Assembly (NCBI GenBank): GCA_010405405.1
Contig: MU004239.1
Coordinates: forward strand, 930,001-994,000
Direction: 5' to 3'
Length of the DNA stretch: 64,000 nt
Source: Microthyrium microscopicum
Taxonomy: Eukaryota
Below the pieces are notes generated by a model. It was not told the origin of the DNA. It saw only the letters and a program-made list of their open reading frames with translations, and ran no database searches. The position numbers were made by a program, and so were the translations under genes. This document shows, one piece after another, positions 26,305 to 38,817 of this stretch. Every line of letters starts with the position of its first letter. The first letter of the stretch is position 1.

Positions 26305-26842
26305 ATGACTCCCCTTCCCCTTACCTCCCTCCTCCAATCCCTCCTCCCACTCATCCCCCTCCTCATCCCCCAAACCCTCGCCCTCCCCACCAACAGCACA
26401 GCACCCACCTACGACATAATATGCAACGACGGCGTCCCAAACCTAACCATCCCCGACATATCCGCCTGCGCAACCTTCATCGCCGCCCATCAAACCTGCC
26501 AGATCCCCGCCGCCGCCCCCGCACAATTCTGCCAAGCGCACGAAACGTACATCTCTGGACGCACGTATGGTTTTGAGACGAGCTTTGAGTTGGATTGTGG
26601 GTGGGTTACGCGTGCGATGGGGAAGATTGTGGAGAGATGTGGGGTTAGGGGCGGTAAGTTGATGCCACTTTCTCTGAATGTTTGGGGAGTAGAGGAATTG
26701 GGGAGGGATTGGGGAGGAGAGGGATTGGGGAGAGAGCAGGGGGATGGGGAATGGCGACTAATGGTATATAGGATCGTGTGGTGCGGCTGGAACTGGTCCG
26801 CCGCAGGATATTGTGGTGCATATAAACAATCATTGGGTTTAG
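26305..26842 (+). CDS. Small secreted Cys-rich protein (139 aa, 7 Cys), effector-like
   Basis: Leu-rich signal peptide ending TLA-LP. Intron 26654-26771 (GTAAGT...CTAAT...TAG). Exon 2 encodes GSCGAAGTGPPQDIVVHINNHWV*. Confidence 0.75.
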
Positions 26843-27749
26843 GGGATAGGGGTATTGTTGGTGCTGGATGCTGGGTGCCGGGGCGATGGGTTGGTGGATA
26901 GGGGTATTGTTGGCAGCGTGAAAGGATACTTCGTAGTCCTATGGAGAATGTTGGCATGGCATCGTTGTCGGTCTTTCATGTGTGGAGTATCGCGAGTATA
27001 GATAAGATCCTGATATCGCGTTGCTATAAGCTCCAAACAGAACAATACGTCTCCCTCTCTTAATCTTAGCCGCCAAAACCCACGTCAAACGAACCTGTAC
27101 CTGCACATAATCTCACCAAACAGCCAGGTACCAACCAAACCTATCAAACTGTACTGTTGTAGAATTCTTGCACATGTCAAAGATCTACTATGCGCCCGTT
27201 TACCACCGAGTTACACCGCAGCACCAACGCACAGATCTCGCACGACCAAAACACAACAGCCAAACTTTCCCGAATGATGTGCATTATTCTTGTCCCACAA
27301 GCGGGTCCTCACGTCTCAAATGCAACAGCGAGTGGATGATAAGGATAATAAGATTATCGTTGTATGGCTATAACACTGCCATCTGTCTACGTCAACATGC
27401 CTCCATCTGCTCCAGCTCCTGAAATCTCGCTTCTCGCTTCCCGCTCCCTAAATTTTCGATCCGCCCAAGCAGATTCCCTACCACGTGTGGTTAGGAGAAT
27501 TGCAGATGATGATGATAATGGTGGGCTAATATGAATTAATGACTTGAGAACAAGTCAACCCCAAAAAACCATGGGGGTTTATTTTGCGTCCGTTGGGTTT
27601 CGCCAAAGCAAAAACAAAAGATGGTATTTGAAATAATTGGTTCCGCGTTGCAAAACAGAGAAAAGAATGGTGATGAAGGACGTTGATGCGTGTCCATGAT
27701 TGCGCCAAATAAATGAATCCCAGAAAAAAGACAAAAGATGATTGCTAGG

Positions 27750-29142
27750 TCATAGCCATACGCATACGAGTACTATCGCGACAAGTACGGCAAATGCACT
27801 GCCACCAGTCCGTAGGCTTTGCTGCTTGCCGAGAGCACCGCTCTTGGTCGTGCCTTGCGTGAAACTGGTTGTGCTTCCTGCCGTAACGTTCGAGCCGGAT
27901 GCCGCATTGCTGGAGCCACCAGGTAGATCGCCACGGGTGCCGATGCCAGATACACCAGGCACAGTTTGCGGCGAGTTTGAAGACTGGGCAGCATTGGGCT
28001 GGGTGCCAGGATTGTCACCAGTTGCGTATAGCGATTGGAGAATGACGGTGCTGTCGGTGATCTGGATGGACTGGTTGGTGGCTTTGGTGTCCTTGTAAAT
28101 GTATGACTTTTTGCCTTGCACGTCGGCACCAGCGGGTGGGTCGTAGCAGGTGATCTTGATCTCATTGAAGATGGCGTAGTAGTAGCCGTTCTTCATGTCC
28201 GGGCTGTTCCAGTCGACGAGACCGCCGGCCCAATCGATCGTGCCTTTTCCGGCGGATGGCAGACCAGCAGGCCAAAGAGATATTTGCACGCGCGAGGGTG
28301 TTTGAGGGAAGTCCCAGCGGTTCGAGGTTGAGTTCCAGGTCTCGGATCGCTTCTTGGTGCGCAAGACATTTCCGTCTACAGACCAGGTGATCTGGTCGGT
28401 CGTCCAGTCAATGGCGTAGGTGTGGGTTTGCGTATTGGTGCTGGAAGCTGAAATGTTGACTTCGTTGTTATCTATCAAAAAATTAGCGCCTATAGATGAT
28501 CTAGTAGCTACGGAACAAAGCATACAATTGGTGACACCCTGGGAGTAAAAATTGGTCTGCGCATGGTTTAAATCCACACCAACAAATTCATAATCGATTT
28601 CGTCCTTGCTGTCGCTCATCAGGATGAAAGCTGTAACCACACCGGCGCCGATACTAGTCGTCAAGGTTGCCTCGATCTTGCCGTACCACACGTAATGTGT
28701 GCTCGATACTAGTGTTCCGACTGTATCTGGGGCCATTGTGAGCAGTATGGCATTGTTGTTATATGCAACTGGCTTGCCGCTGGCGACCCAGTTGGTTTTG
28801 GATGTATCGCCAAGGTATGTCGAAATGTCGGCGATATCATTTAGGGATGTGAGTTTATAGTCTTGAGATTGGCATACAGGCGCGGGCGCGCATGATTTGA
28901 GATCGAATGAGTATCTGGGATCACAACCACCGAGGCAGTACGCGCCAACACCACATTGGCCGTAAGCTAAGAGGGCAAGAAGTTAGACTTGAAATAAGCT
29001 CAAATGTCAACGGCGTTTTCTTACCTGAACAGCATGGTGAGTCTGATGGACAAGCACTTCCAGGTCCACAAGGGGATTGAGCAGCAAAAACAGATGTAGA
29101 TAAGTAAGCAGCCAAAAGGGCAGCGCGCAGAAAGCGAGCCAT
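27750..29142 (-). CDS. utr2: GH16 Crh-family chitin transglycosylase with N-terminal chitin-binding module (Utr2/Crh2-like), GPI-anchored
   Basis: Signal peptide, Cys-rich CPSDSPCCS...CGVGAYCLGGCDP module, catalytic DEIDYE, FPQTPSRVQISLW, a Ser/Thr-rich stalk and a hydrophobic C-terminus. Confidence 0.9.
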
Positions 29143-31491
29143 TATAAAGACACCCAAAAGATTAATCTGCTAAGCGGAAGATGTAGAGGAAGTATACTGG
29201 TTAAAGGATGAGGGTGGAATGTGATATGGACTCTAGCCAGAAACAAAACAGTCGTCGAGTTGATCAGTGTTTCAATGGGAAATGGCTCGAGCGTGTTTCG
29301 CAGAGGGAGGCTGAACAGTAGTCGAGGTATGACAATAGAAAGGGGGGAGAGTGTTGCAGAATTATTACGGCCCCTGACTAGAACAACAAATGGTTGTTGA
29401 TAAATACAAAGAAACCGATATAAGAAGATATAGCGGTCAAAGAATAGTAACGATAGACGATATAGAAAAGCGAATGAAGGCCTACAGAGTCGCGACGACA
29501 ATGGGCAGTGACGGTCCTTGGAGGGATGAAGTTTGGGGAAAGAAGAGAAGGAATGTAAGGAAGGAGAGACACAAGGAAATTGGACCTGCGCCTGCTTGAT
29601 TTTGCTTGGCGGCCCCAGCATCAAAAGAAGAAGGGAAGGAGCAGATGACAGGGGTCCTTAGGCTTGCAGAAAGCAGCAAGCGCACCCCAGAATCCGAGTC
29701 GATCCTTCCGAACTGAGAATTAGCCCAGAATTGCACATCACGATCCAATCATAAGACAGAATCTGAGCATCCTAGTAGCCCCGCCGCAGGGTGTTAGAGG
29801 CTCCGGGTTCTTTGGTGCATGGCTCATCTCAATAACTCATCCATTTTTCTGCACTCGTTATGCAAGCTCTGAACATCTCAGCCTCAAAACTGCCCTCACA
29901 AGAGCAATATAACCAGTCAAAAATAGATAAATATCTAGCCATGAGAATTCAACCGCCTCTCAAGTTCCAACACATCTCAAGCCCTCACTCTCTGAACATT
30001 GACTGAGTTCATAAATTATCAAAAGCCATCGTAAAACTCACCAAGTGAAATACGTAAAAAAGACGCCTCCACACCACCACCACCGGGCCAGTCGCCGCCC
30101 GAGAGCCAAAAAAGGCGATTCACAATGTTTGACCCTTGCAGTCGCCACTAGCTGCAGCACGCATTGTCCAAATTTAGCCTTTTCTAGACCACACAACTCT
30201 CCCAGCCATTTTTCCCAACTTCAATCGTGCTCACCTGTTTTAACAAAAAATTTGCTCTTTATTTGTGCTGTGAGCATAGAAATATCTGCATGAACGGTTG
30301 ATCGCGTCCAGGATGCATTAGCGAGAAACACTACGATCGATTTTGGTCTGGAGTTTTGGTAGCTGGCGGCGTGTCATTGGTTGAGTGAATACTCTATCGA
30401 ATCAGATGGAGTTCTGGGGTGGAATCTAGACTTGCTAGTGGAGACTTTATATTGCTGAGGCAGTTGAAGGATTTGGCGCTGTATAAATATCATATCAGTT
30501 CTTGGTGGTCGTGTAGATGAAAATTTGCGACACTGCTCGTATTGCTGGCGCGTTGATGTTATCACCATCATATCAGCCTGTTCAGGAGGGAAAATTACCA
30601 GATTCATAGAAGAGATTTGGCGCTGTCAAGCGAAATGATCTAGAAGAAAGAAAATCTGGGGACTTGTTTCTATTGTGCGCGGCGCGCCTGTTTCGCTCAA
30701 ATATCTCTACTTGTTTCGATGCAGCATTTAATGGCATGCTCCCATGAACTACAACGTCTAACTTCCGCTGGGCTTCACGTTAAACGCTTTACTGGTTATT
30801 GACGGCGCTCATTTCCTGATGGCTCGTCAGCTATAAATGGAAATGTAGAATGTTCAGCTTTTAGGGGTATCGCCGTCCCCATTGATGAGAGCGTGTGTCG
30901 TTAATTTTGATTCATCCGTTGGTTGATGGCTAGGCAGTTAGCACGCCTACAAACAAAACATTTCACGCACAGATCAAACCTTAAAAGCACAACGAGTTGC
31001 GGGAACACAAATTTTAGTATTCCCAAGACTAAACTAGTATCGTGATTGTACATCATGAGGGGTGATTCAATGGTCATTATCATACATGTCTCCTCATAGA
31101 GGAGTGCCTCAAGCGGCAATTGGGTGCTGGGGGGTATCAATGGGTATCAGGTCCGTTTCTCTCATACTCATCATTCTCGTAAAGGTTTTTTGTCGCTGTT
31201 TTCTCGTGTTTGTGTTCTCGTAAAAATGCTGGTAGTATTGTACAGGGACAATAATGGGTTTCTGAGGCACGGCAGAGCCGGTCAAAACCAGAGAGGGAAT
31301 GGGCTGTTTTCTTTGGAAAAGAAGAATGATCGCAGTTCTCGCTAATCACTGACCATGGTGGCATTGTGAAAGCTTGCTGATCAAAGGGGTTGGGTAGTTG
31401 TTGAAGTAGTGGGAACACGCCAGTCGACATGTGCAAATAGAGTTGCTGAGACCGAGAGCACAGGTGGTGATGCTGAAGGATGTGGCAAAGT

Positions 31492-34400
31492 TTATTTGTT
31501 CACGTATTTCCAAGCGTGCTGGTTGTTGTCTTCGCCTTTCATGTTTGAGCCATCTGGCAATGGAGGAGCATCCCAACCAAATGCTTTCATGGATACACGA
31601 ATGAAGGCATCTATGGCAACACACTCCAGCGGGTTGATGACGAAGTGTGTGACGGTAGGATCGGCCTTGTGCTGAATGTACCAGATTATAGGGCACAACT
31701 TATAGTCGATGACCCAGTGATCCTGCTGCCAAAAGCGATCATGTCTCATGTGTTGATGTGGATCGTCACTTGAACCAGTGGCATGAGCAACCTTCAAGCG
31801 AGAAACAGCAGCAGTCAGATCTGAAATAGCAGTGGAAGTTGCAGTGACGGGCTTCACAGCGCCAGTTGTAGTGGAACTTTGACCAATCTTTGGTGGGCGA
31901 GGCATGGTGCTTGTGATAGGCATTCCATTTTTGCCTCGTCTCACGTTGTTGGCGTTACCCTTTTTGCCTTTAGGAGGTGCTGGTGCTGCTGGTTTTGGTG
32001 GCAATATATCCTCATACACCTTGGCGCACTTGTGTTTGACCAGGTCGATCACTTCCGCCATGGCAGTAAAGTGGTAACCCTCGAGCTGGCAGTCGGGGCA
32101 GTCGAGGTCAGCAAAGGCAAGAGATGCATCGCCACGGCCGGGTTGCATTCCGCGAAAAGGCTTTTCATTGTCGGTGTACCAGTTTTCTGGCAAGCGTTTG
32201 TGCTGTTGATTGAGGCTGTTGGCCCAATGACGAGTGAATGTATAATAGGCCAAAGTCATGTAACGAGAGTTGTCATTGCTGAACTTGGGCGGAGAGTTGC
32301 ATTCCATCAGAACATGGTCAGGCTCGAGGCAGCTAAGGCAATGCAGCTTTTGACGCTTCTCATGTTGCTCATGAATAGGGCAGCCGTCCATATGATGTCT
32401 ATCATCACCACAATACTTGCATCCAGGGTTGGAATCCTCATCGATCCATGTGTACTCTGAACCAAATCCGCCACGGATAGGATTTGGCTGATGTGGGAGA
32501 AAGATCTTACCTGTGGGAGGCTGGTTGAAATTGGCTCGAGCACCATAGCCGGTCGGGATGTCTGGCTCAAAGTGAGGATGATTGCCTGTACGGTCATTGT
32601 AGTTTTGCACTCGTCCCAGGTAGTTGTTTCGAGAAATAGCCACGGCGAACTTAATGTCGGCCCATTCCTTGGTCAGAGGATGCGGGTAAACATGGCCATC
32701 GTAATCGTTACCCGGGCCAATGGGTTTGACATACATGTCTTCGGAAAAAGCGCGATTCTCTTGAAGATTCTGCACCTTGTCGCCTGGTCCATCACGAAAT
32801 CGAGAGGAGACCGTGCGCTTTGCCTCTGCGTTCTGTACCTCGAGGATTTGGGTGGAAAGCTTGTCGGTCATCTGTTGTAGCTGGATTGGCGTGAAAGCTA
32901 TGGGCTTGGTAGCGGGCTTCTGATTTTCTGGGAGCCGACGAGAGTCACCCGCTAGAACTTTGTATTGCTCATCTCCATAATATCGGCCATTAGGATAAGG
33001 CGGAGTGGGGCCTTTTGAATATGCTGGGTCGGCAGGGTCAACAAAGGCGCAGAAACGTCCAAAACTTGACTCAGGGTCGCGAGCATTGATTTCCTCCGTT
33101 GCAGGTGTTGCTCCTCCTGGCCAAATGTTGTATGGGTTGTAGAGCGGAAGTGATTCTGGGCCGGTGAAAGCGGCGTTGTAACGAGAACGATCAACTTGTT
33201 GGTCGTAAGAGCCCACAATTCGAATCTCGTTCGCCGCCTGCTTTTCCTCAATCAGCAATGGCTTCATTACGGCTACCTTCTCGGGGCCACCGTAAAGAAC
33301 GCTTTCTGAAGCGGCCTCCTGCCAAGTCATCGTCATGGACTTAGGTGGTAGCGGATATGTCGCGTAGTAGAAGGGGTGGAAGGCCGGCGCTTCTGGGCGA
33401 AGCCCGGAACTTCCTGATGCATTGGATGCCTCCGTCGCTTGGTTTCCTGAATTCTCCATGTTTGTTGTTGGAGAAGAAGGTTGTTGGTGAGGTTGAGGTG
33501 GTGAAAACCCCACTGTGGGCGCTGGGCCAGAAGACATGGCAGGTGCGGCCGGTGCGGCAGGCTCTGCCTGGCCAGAGGCAGGAGCAACTGTATCGGCTGG
33601 CGCCGGGAGCAACCCAGTCTGGGAAGTCGATGGCTGTGCTGCGAGATCCCCCTATTGATAGCAAGTTAGCAAGCAGAAATGACAACAAATGTGATATACT
33701 CTTACTTGTTTGTAAAGAGGTTGCTTGCCATTGCTGGCCACAGTTTGCTCCGTTTGAGCAGGAGGCTGATGATTATAACTTACTCCAAACAAGTCATCAT
33801 CAGAGTTGGATCCAAGTGCCAATTCTTCCCCGGTTGGGGAGAGAGGAACATTTTCCATAGCTGTATGGAAGCTGCCGTAACTCGACTCTGAGCGGTTTGG
33901 GCTTGTGGCTGCTTCTCTCATGGCTTGAACTGTAGGTGAAAGCACTGGCGCATCAGCAGGGGCATCACGACGTGATGAACGAGAGTCCGGAGCCGCAGTG
34001 TTGGTGGAGCCGTTGGCAGAGCCGTTGGCAGAGCCGTTGGCAGAGCCGTTGGCAGAGCCATTGGCAGAGCCGTTGGCGGAGCCCGCTGTATCCTGACCTG
34101 AGTTGGCTGGTGGTGAATTGGCTGAGCTCGACGTATCATGTCCTGAGTTGGCTTGTCCTGAGTTAGAATCCGATGTCGATTCTTCATCTCCTTCGGTTTC
34201 ATCGAAGAGCTCGGGCGGCAGATGTAAAGGTCCAGTGAAAGGCGCCGGCGTGGTACCTTCCGGGGTATTAGGCGGATTGGTATGCTCTTCGCGGAGCATT
34301 TCTCGTGAGTGCCGGGACGACATTGTTCTGTTCTTATGCTTTCCCATATGATTTTCGAGATGATGAAATCTTTGTGCTCGAAGGTGGGTCAACAGTAAAG

Positions 34401-35095
34401 GGGCTTGTGATTTGGTTGTGGCAGTTGGTGAGCTTTTCAGATGGGCGAGACGCCTCTCTATGGAGCTCTGGGACAAGGGATTATCTTCCTCGCTGTCGTC
34501 TTGTTCGACGGAGAGGCGAAGTTTTGATGAAGAACCCCTTTCTCTAAGCTTGGAAGAACGCGTGGGACTAGCAAAGCTTGGCGTGACAGGACGAGTAGCA
34601 GAAGACAATGGCGAGGTACGACTTGAGCTTAAAGGGACAGGAATAAAAGATCGAGGAAGAGTGCTTGACGATGCTTTGCTGGAACTTGAAGATGCTGAAC
34701 GCTCGTTCTGCGAAGAAAGACTTGGAGACTTCCTGAGGGTTCTACTCCAACTGGCAGGACTTTGCTCGGGAAGAACAGTGTTGTTCTCAGAGATAGTCGC
34801 TCTATAAGAGGTAACCAACAAATGTTCTTGAGCTCCTGGAAGTGCTCCAATGGAGTAGAGTTCGTTTAATCTCGAACTCGACGCCGACTTGGCTGAACTG
34901 GAGTTGATACTCGGCAGTTGAGATGGTCGAACTTTGCCTGGAGACTTTGAGTCCTGTTGTGCTCTATTTAGAATATTATTAGCGACTTGACTCTGAACAA
35001 ACTATAATAGAAACATGCCGGCCATGGCGATCACACATAGCCTCTCCATATCGTGAACGGGCGATAGGAGCTTGGGGGTTAACAAAGACATCCAT
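31492..35095 (-). CDS. Long low-complexity protein with two CCHC zinc knuckles; 5' exon uncertain
   Basis: The 389-aa and 706-aa ORFs are joined in frame by a 54-nt intron (33705-33652). CKYCGDDRHHMDGC and CLSCLEPDHVLMEC fit CX2CX4HX4C. Confidence 0.7.
34009..34082. repeat. Coding 12-bp tandem repeat x6 (GCCGTTGGCAGA; encodes SANG)
   Basis: Six near-identical units read directly in the sequence. Confidence 0.9.
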
Positions 35096-35538
35096 GATGG
35101 CTATAATAGAGAAATGAAATGACTTCAATGATGCTCGATAGCTAAGCTACTGGAGCAGGAATGTAATGCAGGACGAGAGGATGATTGGATGGATGACTGG
35201 ATGGGCGTATGGATGGATGGGCAAAGATGTGGAGAGTGAGGGTTGAGAACAAGACATGAAGGACAACAAACAGCGCGTGGCGCCCTCGAGGCCAGAGACT
35301 TTGAAAGAGCGAACAAACTGTAGTAGTACTTACGTAGAATGCTTGCTATACAAAAAGCGGAGAGGCAAGAGATATCCAACGGAAAGAAGGCAAAGAAGCT
35401 GAAGAATGAAGGAGATGGAGGTGGAGGTTGAAGAGAGGGAGAAGGTGAGCAAGTCGTGATGGAATATTCAGATGTGTGGGCTCAGGCTGCTACTGCTCCC
35501 ACCAACAGAGTCCGTGACCACCTTCCCTAGCACCTGTT

Positions 35539-37066
35539 CTATGGCAAGAGAGTCTGAAATGGCAAGATGGCAGCAGTCAAGGTAGGAGCGAAGCATAACA
35601 GTGCGTCTTTGGGATGGTATTGTGGCGCACGGTAACTTTCTCCTTCTCTCATTGGATATCGTTGCTTGTAGTCATCATAAGGGGCGTCAATTCGAGGTCG
35701 AAAAGCGCTAAGCAAAGGCCTAGTAACAGTCTTGAAGCCGGCCAAGGTAGCCGAAGATGTCCCAGAAGCATTTGAATAGTATAGACCAGTCTCCAGTTTG
35801 TTGTAGCTTAGCAAATATCATCGTGTATCCTCCAGAATTGTCCGTTGTTGTCCGTAGTAGCGACCAGAGCGATGAGGCTGAAGGCTCAACACCAAAACAT
35901 CCCTCAAAGCAAGACCGCTTTGGTCGTTTCCCATCCAGAATTCAAGGCCGTGACCTTCCTCAGCAGTGGCTTGATCCTCTTAATACCCCTTTCCTTTCCA
36001 TTGACGATGAAGACCGTCTAAAGCAGCTCATTCTGACTTGTCACATCCTACGAGCGCTCGCCCAATGTAGCAAGACACCGAAAACTCGAGCCCATCCATC
36101 CCCGGCCATCCGTGCTGCACCAGCTTCGATAGCAACTTGAAAACATCGCGATTCCTATACCCCTTAAACAACCATGGCACCGGAAATCCATCGATGGAAT
36201 CTTTGCAAAGCAGTCGCGTCAGCTTGTGCACCGTGGCAACTCGTCCCTTTTCCGGATGCTGCAGCGGTCCGAGAAATCCGCGGTTAAATCTTCAAGAGCT
36301 TGACGGAGACTATCTAATGAGCATCGACAATTGACTGGAAGTTATCCCTCCAGGAACTGCTGAAATGATTGAGTCTCAATGGCCGACAGTTGGTAAGTAT
36401 TGTTGATTTGCAACTCTAGCCACGTCCATTCCATCATCCAGTACTTCGGGACCTCATACGTTCGAAATTTGAACAGTCAAGACCAAGAAATTGCCTTGCG
36501 CATCGATAAATCCCGATGAGTAGTTCAAGTAATCCAGGTTTTCTTAGATTTTACACTCAGCAGGCGTGATGCGAAGTGATTCAAGTTTGTCGATTACCCA
36601 GACTATACCCCCTCCAATAGCCAGCATATTCACAAAAACATCATCCGGAATACCGAGTTGCTGTCCTACCAGAATGGGTCAAGCGACAGAAAGTTGTGAA
36701 GGCAAAGAGTTCCATCCAGGCAGTTTTGGAAGTTACAAGTCATCCTAGCTCTTCGAGGCCTCAAGCGTCGCCAACGGACCCAGACAGGTAGAACTAATTG
36801 TCCATGTTAAAGCTGACAGCCTTTGTTAGGATCTCATTTAGCTCCAGCGGTCCAGCGTTCGAACTCTGCGAAGATTGCGCGCTCCGGATCCTCCTCTTGT
36901 CCCAGAACCGTCTTGAGACATTGCACTCTACGAAATTCTCCTCCGTTGCATCCGTTCCGTCGCCCATTACCTGTTCCGAGCAAACGAGCACAACCTCTCG
37001 CACGTCCGCGGAGAGTGGTACGCTACAAACTTGGGAAGATTGACTACGAAAACAAAGCAAAAGCAA
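35539..37066 (-). pseudogene. Possible decayed gene remnant, unidentified
   Basis: A run of short protein-like minus-strand frames broken by stops and frameshifts. No recognisable domain. Confidence 0.25.
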
Positions 37067-37937
37067 TAGCAGACAGCAATGACATTACTGAGTAAAACAG
37101 CAGGCAGTAGGAGTTATGGCACGGAGATCATTGATAAAGACTTGTACAACAGCAGAACAATAGGTGCCGGTAGAGCGGTAACGGCTTGAGGGTGCATAAG
37201 ATACGGAGAGTAAAGAAAGCGTAGGAAACACAGGCACATCCATGGTAAAGCGGCCAATGGTACAGTGAATCTTGAAAGAGCGAAGAAGAAAACAATTGAG
37301 ACGATTAGGCATGTAAGGCTATCATCCCTGTGCACTGCGACACTGCTGGGTGCTGATACTGTAGGTCTTGACACGTTGAAACCAGAAAGCACGGCAAGAG
37401 AATGTACACTATACCAGAGCGAATATTAAACAAAGAAAGGATAGAGAACAAACGGAGACTCGAGGCAGGGCGAAGGGCTGCTGAACAGCAGCGTTGATTG
37501 AACAAAGGAAATGCGGAGATTTACCAGAAAGAGCATCTCGAAAGCGAAGCCGAAAGCTGCAGAGCGAACGAGAGGCATACCGCAACGAACTTTCCCGCGA
37601 GCCCTTTAGGTACCGGAATACCCAGTGAGGCGCGTGAAAGCGTTTCGAAAGGGGTGTCGCGTTGTTGCCATTCAACAGAAAGAGCATGGGCAGTACAAAG
37701 CATAAGGCCCCATGCAACCTTGTAGAGTCATAACGCTGGTTGAGATGATTCAAATGCAAAAGATACGAGAGAAGAGCCGTGGTCCATCCGGAGCTGGGTA
37801 GCAGTCGAAGGTTAGGTGCACAATGACACCTGGCAGCCGATCTTCGCCATCTCTGAAATCTGTCCTGGTCAGCCTTTACTATGAAGATGTGGAAAGTGCT
37901 TAAATCAAAGCGGATTCAGGATTGGAGAATATCAGGG

Positions 37938-38040
37938 GAAGGACTGGCAAGATACAAAGGAATGACCAGATATGAAGGAGAGACTGGCAAAACATGAAGG
38001 AAAAACTGGCAAGATATGAAGGATACGCTTGGAAGACATA
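37938..38040. repeat. Degenerate ~22-bp minisatellite, ~5 units (consensus near GAAAGACTGGCAAGATATGAAG)
   Basis: ACTGGCAA...AAGG recurs at ~37943, ~37984 and ~38005, with degenerate units between and after. Confidence 0.65.
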
Positions 38041-38817
38041 CATACAGAACAAATTGGAGGAATGTGGGGAAGGTTGAGGTACATATAAGTAAAACGCCGA
38101 GCTGGCATAATAGCACAGAAGCGCAGTTATACTGATATCATTACAAGATATCACTGCCAATGGATCACTGATCATCAGCAGTGCAGCTCTCCTTTTTGGT
38201 TTGCCACTTGCAAAGGCATGATATCAATAGTCGGTAGCTTTGCAAAGTATAGCTTCTTGAAGGACGCGTTCATACCTACAAGGAGTAGGAATGGTAGATA
38301 TTGGCCGGAATACAGCAGCTGTGAACCGCCCTGCACATGGCAAGCAATACAAACTACGAAGTCAAGGCTCTCCTGTCGATGGCAGATCTGTAGAGACCAA
38401 GCTCATACCACTGATACCTCCATGGGTCACAATGTATACCTAGGTAGTAAATGAGTTCTCTTCATTAAAGAGAGGTAGCAGCAACAAGGTGGTCATGTTG
38501 ATAGGAGAAAATTGGGTATAACAGAAGATGATAATGGAACATCAGAGGAAATCAAAAACTTAAGGGGATGAGATGTCGTCGAGAAGAGAGCTCAAGCCAA
38601 GTCGCGTATTTTTCATACTATTCCTAAACAGACCTGGAAAAGTAAAATAACGGCAAATTTGGACTGAATGGCTGGAAGGCTTGCTTAGTAAGCTCAGCCG
38701 TGACCCTGCCCAGGCTTACCATCTTTCACGCTAGCCTGATTCAGGTATCGCGAACGCCAACTTCTCAAGTCACATCGGGCAAACTTCAACACTTACATTC
38801 CACCCCAAGTTTACAAT

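Noticed and set aside
34009..34082. Repeat array as possible CRISPR
   Set aside because: Contiguous 12-bp coding repeats without spacers in a eukaryotic gene.
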